Below, piece after piece: positions 58,926-64,000 of a stretch of 64,000 nucleotides of DNA. The notes under the pieces are model-generated. The model worked only from the letters and a program-made list of their open reading frames with translations, was not told the DNA's origin and made no database searches. Numbering within the stretch: position 1 is the stretch's first letter; each line of letters starts with the position of its first letter. The translations under genes were made by a program, and so were the position numbers. The stretch comes from Camelus ferus (taxonomy: Eukaryota): the NCBI RefSeq assembly GCF_009834535.1, contig NC_045732.1:15438001-15502000 (forward strand). Reading direction: 5' to 3'.

Positions 58926-61900
58926 TTGTCTATCACCTTTTCTTAGCTCCTTTACTGACTATTTTTTTCTGTCTTAGCTCCTTATAAGAGTGGAAACTAG
59001 CCATGTGACCAATGGTACCTAACATCCCCTAAAGAATTTCCTTTCCAGGAAGGCCAGACAAGAGTATATGGATGCATTAGACAAATCCATGGCACCTAAG
59101 TTAAGGCTACTGCTGAAGAGCCAATGCAGAATTCATGTTCTACCACAGTGGGAAACATTATGTCTCAGCAGAACTGTATACCATTAATGTTTACAATTGA
59201 TTTTTTGACATGGAAGACAATGGAGTTTATTTATCGATATGGTAGTCTGCTATAGGGGAGAAGAGGGGAGAAGAGGGAGATAAAAGAATAAAAATAAGAT
59301 GCAGCATGGGAAAGGAAGTAACTCTAAGTTGGGGAAACTGCATGAGCCAAGACGTGGAAGTGGAAATGATCAAGGAATGTTCAAGAACAAGTGAGTGATG
59401 AGACTGAGCTGATGCAGGTGTTTTTGCAGCTCAGGTAGGTAGCATGTGAGTCCTAGAGGTCCAACCATAAAACGTCAATTTGTGGACAGATCTAATTCTG
59501 GATCTGGAACCTCACTGTTTATGACGGTTTCCTGGTTGAGAGAGTCATTAAACATTCTCAAGGAGTCTAAGGAAATTATCTTTTAATAGAACAAAAAAAA
59601 AACTCATTAGTTCTTTTATCATCACAAATTTAGCAGTGTATTTCAGTGTTTCAATGCCTTTTTCTTCAGGAAAGGTAGACAGGTTTTATTGTGGCCTTCT
59701 CCCATTTTATCCCCAACCTTCCCTCATTTTCTTCATATGAGTCTGAAGAGCCATCAAGTCCTTTACATCCGTGGTCCAGGAGAGACTTTATAGTCTCCCA
59801 GATATCTCACCATTGCAGAGTACCTGGCCAGCATCATCTCCAGGGCCTTTATGTATTATATTCCTTTATCTGACTCAGTGTCAAGGTTCCTTTGTTTTAG
59901 TTGCAGTGCCAATTTGCTGACTCATATTTAATTTACTTGACTAGGCTATTTTCTCAAGCTCCAGTGATGTCAGTCCTATTCTCTTAACTCCTGTATCAGT
60001 GGAAGACCGGAATCAGCTTCTTCATTGCCCGTCTCTCCTTTCTGAGACGTTTACCATTTTTACAACTCCCTCTACCTCCTGGGTATCTGCCTTCACCTAG
60101 CTTCCTCTTGACTCCTAAGGAACCTGACAAATACACTTACGCTAAGGTACAAGGAGCTTCATGTGTTCTCTCTCCCCAGAGGGCAGACGTGTTAAAACAG
60201 GACAGCAAGGAGTGGTGTGGGAGGCAGCTTCTGACCTGGTCCCCAGTGAACTCCGTCTCCTGGTCTTCACTCACTTGTGTGATTTCCTCCCCTTGGGTCT
60301 GGGGCACAAGGGCTAGTGTGCCTGTGGTACAGAAAGCTGAACTCTGACAGCAGGTGTTTGCAGCAGAATAAGGGTTATGTAGCAATAGGTAATTAATACA
60401 AATGGACAATACCTGCTCCAAAGTAATGAATTCCAAATGGTGAACATCCAGATATCCAGAAGCAGGAAGGGCACTATTTTGGAGGAAAGGCTTGTCTCTG
60501 GCTTTGCCCCGTGGAGACTGCTGCCTACTCTTATTAAACATAAGGTCATCTCTACTGGTAGTAGCTAAAGACCTTACAATCCATAATAATCAACTCCTTA
60601 GGACTTGCTTTGCTCAATTACAATTACCATTAGTATGTGAACCTGAGGTAGGCCAGTTTCTGAGGTTATTAGTTATTCTTTCCTTTATAATTTGACCCAG
60701 GTGTGTTGGCATTGACCTGCACCAACTTTGTCCTCCTGCATTTTCCCAACTTGTCAGAATTATTTCATCTGCTTCTCTTGAGTATCAGCAACATCCCCCA
60801 ACTTGGCATTATTAGGAAAATGTAGTGTGAGTATGCTCTTCAGCCCCATTCCCTAAGTCACAAAGAAAGCATCACAGTGCACTGAGAGCTAATCCTTTTG
60901 GAACCGACTTAATACAGATCGCGTATTAGTACTTCTTTGAAAATGATTCTCAAATCAGATATTTAAACTATATTTCCCAGTTTTTTTTTTTTGAGAGGCA
61001 TGAAATGTGCTTATCAAAAGTCTTACTAGACCCAGGTCTCATTTTTCTCCTGCATGTTCCCCAAGCCAAGCATGGAAAGGTGTCTGCCCATGTTTCCCCC
61101 ACACCTTCATCCAGAGGATGCCAAGGCTGAGATTTGGCAGTGCAAGTCCTGGCCATCAGCAGTGCAGCAATGCAGATAGGAAGCAGTGACAGGAAACGGA
61201 GTGGGTGGGGTGGCAGGAGCTTCTTAAGGTCTTTGGTTCTCTCTGCTTAAACAAGAGAGAGGACAGCTGCTGTCCAGGAGGGACCACACTGCCGTCCCTT
61301 TAACTAGTGAAATTCTTCATTCTGTTCTATGAATATTAAATGACCTGTTTTTATACCATTAGATTTCACAGTGCCAAGTGGATGCTATCCAACTTAATTT
61401 TACAAGTTATTCTGAATGCTGCATTCCATTTGTTTTTGTGAGTCTGGAAGCTCACATCCGTAAACGCAAATGTTTGACTGGGTCTGAGTTGCGTGATAGG
61501 ATATAGGCATCCCTGTCTGCTTGGTGCCTATTTTGCAGAGAAGTAAGCCAAATATTGTGGAAAGTAAGAAAGAAAGCAAAAGATAGTAGTCTTCCATCAG
61601 AGTTTTCAGTACTCTGAAGAGAAAAGAACGTAATTTTAAAAGTCTATGGACACAAAAACCCGGAAATATATGCAAACTTGATTGTGTGCGTGTATGGTGT
61701 GGATGTGGGGGTGTATGCATGTTTAAGGAATTCTAGAGAGAGAGCTGTGCTAGAATTGCTGCTGAAAATATACAACATCAAGTGCTCTGTGATTTTATTG
61801 AGTGTAAGCTTCCGTGGAAGCAATAGCCATGCAAGTACTGCAGGCTGTGACAGGGAAGTGGGATAAAGGATGTGAAGGGGCAGTTGTGATGATGAAATTG

Positions 61901-62349
61901 CAAATCTCCCTCGATTTCCCAATAGTTAACAATGTAAAATCACATTTTAGATGGTAAAGGACCAATAAGTTAGCTTAATCAGGGCTCTGTGGTTGGATCC
62001 CAAGATGTATAAGGAAGACCAAGAGTGGGTGAGTTTTCTTTGCTGCGTTTCTGTAACTGGCAGCACTATGCTGGATTTTGAAAAACGAAGAAAAATATCT
62101 TGGCTTCTATTTTTCATTCCAGAAGTGAGGTCGGACAAAGGGATTGATCTTTATGTAGACTAGCTTTGGAAACAGTGTCATCTCCAAGTTCAGAAATTTG
62201 AAAAATACGTTCTCTCCCCATCCATGTTTTAGTTCATTTCATAGTAAACTTTAAAAGCTTTAGTTTCCCATTTTGACTCTGGTTTGAAGGTAGCGAGGAG
62301 AGAACACAGCGCCCCCTCATCTACTTAATTCCTATTTATTTCTCAGGTT

Positions 62350-62510
62350 TCACTTAATAGGTTTTTCAGGATCATCTCATGTTCCCCACACTAGGTCACA
62401 CTGCCTCATCATATGTGCTTGTTACCAACCTGACCTTTTTCATTTTACCATTTATCAAAGCTTGTCTTGTGTATTTTTGTAATCATTTCTTTCGTCTCTC
62501 ATCAGATGGC
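62350..62510 (+). mobile_element. L2 3' fragment
   Basis: TTCCCCACACTAGGTCACACTGCC...CCATTTATCAAAGCTTG resembles the L2 3' region. Confidence 0.4.
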
Positions 62511-62530
62511 TGATATTTTTTACCCTCCCC

Positions 62531-63715
62531 TTTTTAAAATTGAGGTATAACTGACATAGAACATTGGATAAGTTTAAAGTAGACAGTATGTTGATTGGAT
62601 ACACTTCTGTTGTGCAATGTGGTTACCACCATAGCCTTAGGTAACATTTCCATCATGTCACATAATTATCACTTCTTTTTTGGTGAAAATATTTAGGATC
62701 TTGTCTCATAGCAACTTTGAAATATATAGTACCGTATTGTTGTCTATCACCAGCACACTGTATGTCAGATCCCCAGAACTTACTCGTCTGCTAATTGCAA
62801 GTTTGTGCTCTTTAGCCAACATCTACCCAGTTCCTCCCCTCCTCAGGCCCTGGTAACCACCATTCTAGTCTCTGTTTCTGTGAGTTCAGCTTTTTCAGAT
62901 TCCACATATAAGGGCGAATATACAGTATTTGTCTTTGTCTGTCTAACTTATCTCACTTANNNNNNNNNNNNNNNNNNNNNNNNNNNNNNNNNNNNNNNNN
63001 NNNNNNNNNNNNNNNNNNNNNNNNNNNNNNNNNNNNNNNNNNNNNNNNNNNNNNNNNNNNNNNNNNNNNNNNNNNNNNNNNNNNNNNNNNNNNNNNNNNN
63101 NNNNNNNNNNNNNNNNNNNNNNNNNNNNNNNNNNNNNNNNNNNNNNNNNNNNNNNNNNTATCCTATTTTTGTTTCCTCTGGATATATACGCANNNNNNNN
63201 NNNNNNNNNNNNNNNNNNNNNNNNNNNNNNNNNNNNNNNNNNNNNNNNNNNNNNNNNNNNNNNNNNNNNNNNNNNNNNNNNNNNNNNNNNNNNNNNNNNN
63301 NNNNNNNNNNNNNNNNNNNNNNNNNNNNNNNNNNNNNNNNNNNNNNNNNNNNNNNNNNNNNNNNNNNNNNACAGTTATGAGGTAATATCTCACTGTGCTT
63401 TTGATTTGTATTTCGCTGATGATTAGTCATGNNNNNNNNNNNNNNNNNNNNNNNNNNNNNNNNNNNNNNNNNNNNNNNNNNNNNNNNNNNNNNNNNNNNN
63501 NNNNNNNNNNNNNNNNNNNNNNNNNNNNNNNNNNNNNNNNNNNNNNNNNNNNNNNNNNNNNNNNNNNNNNNNNNNNATCAGGTGTATGCTTTACACATAC
63601 TTTCTCCCATTCTGTAGGTTGCCTTTTCAATTTGTTGATTGCTTCTCTTGCTGTGCAGCAGCTTTTGAGTTTGATGTAGTCCCACGTGTTGGTTCTTTGC
63701 TTCTGTTGCTTGTAT
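62531..63715 (-). mobile_element. L1MA9-like LINE: 3' UTR and ORF2 C-terminal remnant (partly N)
   Basis: TTGAGGTATAACTGACAT, AGCAACTTTGAAATAT, CAGATTCCACATATAAG; minus-strand peptides KRQPTEWEK and MRYYLIT match the L1 ORF2 C-terminus. Confidence 0.9.
62960..63576. other. three N-runs (62960-63158, 63193-63370, 63432-63576)
   Basis: Undetermined bases inside the L1MA9-like element. Confidence 1.
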
Positions 63716-64000
63716 TATTGCCCTTTTATTCTATCTAAAATAACTCTATTCTGTTTGGGGTAGAAATTTTCCCATCTAAAATATACATTTCCTAGACTGC
63801 TATGCATTTATAGCTGCTCATGTGATTATACCTGGTCATGTGAATGGATGATTAAGTTGTAGGTAAGTTATACGATAAGGCTTCAAGGATGTTCTTTAAA
63901 ATGGTAACCAACACAGCTGACTTGGGTGGCTTTTGCTTGTCACATTCCCTCTTTTCCTGTTTAGGGCACAGTTACAATATTGGAAGAGAAGCAACCGCTT

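Noticed and set aside
5772-61938. 12-mer TAACAATGTAAA at 5772, 30857 and 61927 (15-bp match between the last two)
   Set aside because: AT-rich word with no shared flanking homology or regular spacing; plausibly chance given how many words were possible.
62307-62322. CTCF-like motif (minus strand ATGAGGGGGCGCTG)
   Set aside because: Only the 3' half matches; the conserved CC of the core is missing.
62805-63679. Long ORFs in the track (191, 157 aa and others), also 4979-5293 and 37423-37695
   Set aside because: They are open only because N-runs hide stop codons; the readable parts are L1, MLT1 or Tigger sequence.
1-64000. CRISPR array, rRNA, snRNA or prokaryotic systems
   Set aside because: No repeat-spacer array or recognisable structural RNA; repeat content shows the DNA is eutherian.

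Overview
Mammalian, AT-rich, non-coding DNA (intergenic or deep intronic). I could not support any protein-coding exon, RNA gene or CRISPR array. The only young SINEs are four ~100-160 bp tRNA-derived elements of the camelid Vic-1 type, and I saw no Alu, Bov-A/tA, PRE, ERE or Can-SINE, so the source is probably a camelid (inference). Most of the window is ancient eutherian repeats: MIR, L2, MaLR MLT1 LTRs, hAT MITEs (MER3, MER5A, MER20, MER58A), a Tigger2 inside an L1MA, and L1M fragments. Repeat subfamily names are by-eye matches to remembered consensus sequences, and old-repeat boundaries are approximate. The most notable structures are: (1) seven or eight ERV1-type solo LTRs or LTR fragments packed into 18.4-25.8 kb, including an LTR nested in an LTR whose junction creates the ATG of the longest gap-free ORF; (2) a near-canonical REST/RE1 site at 3781; (3) a compact ETS/GC-box/octamer/inverted-CCAAT module at 48.7 kb; (4) a frameshifted coding-like segment at 33.4 kb resembling the NEMO UBAN region; (5) a tail-to-tail L2 hairpin and two interleaved inverted repeat pairs; (6) a twin-primed ~100 bp L1. 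All five N-runs lie inside repeats.
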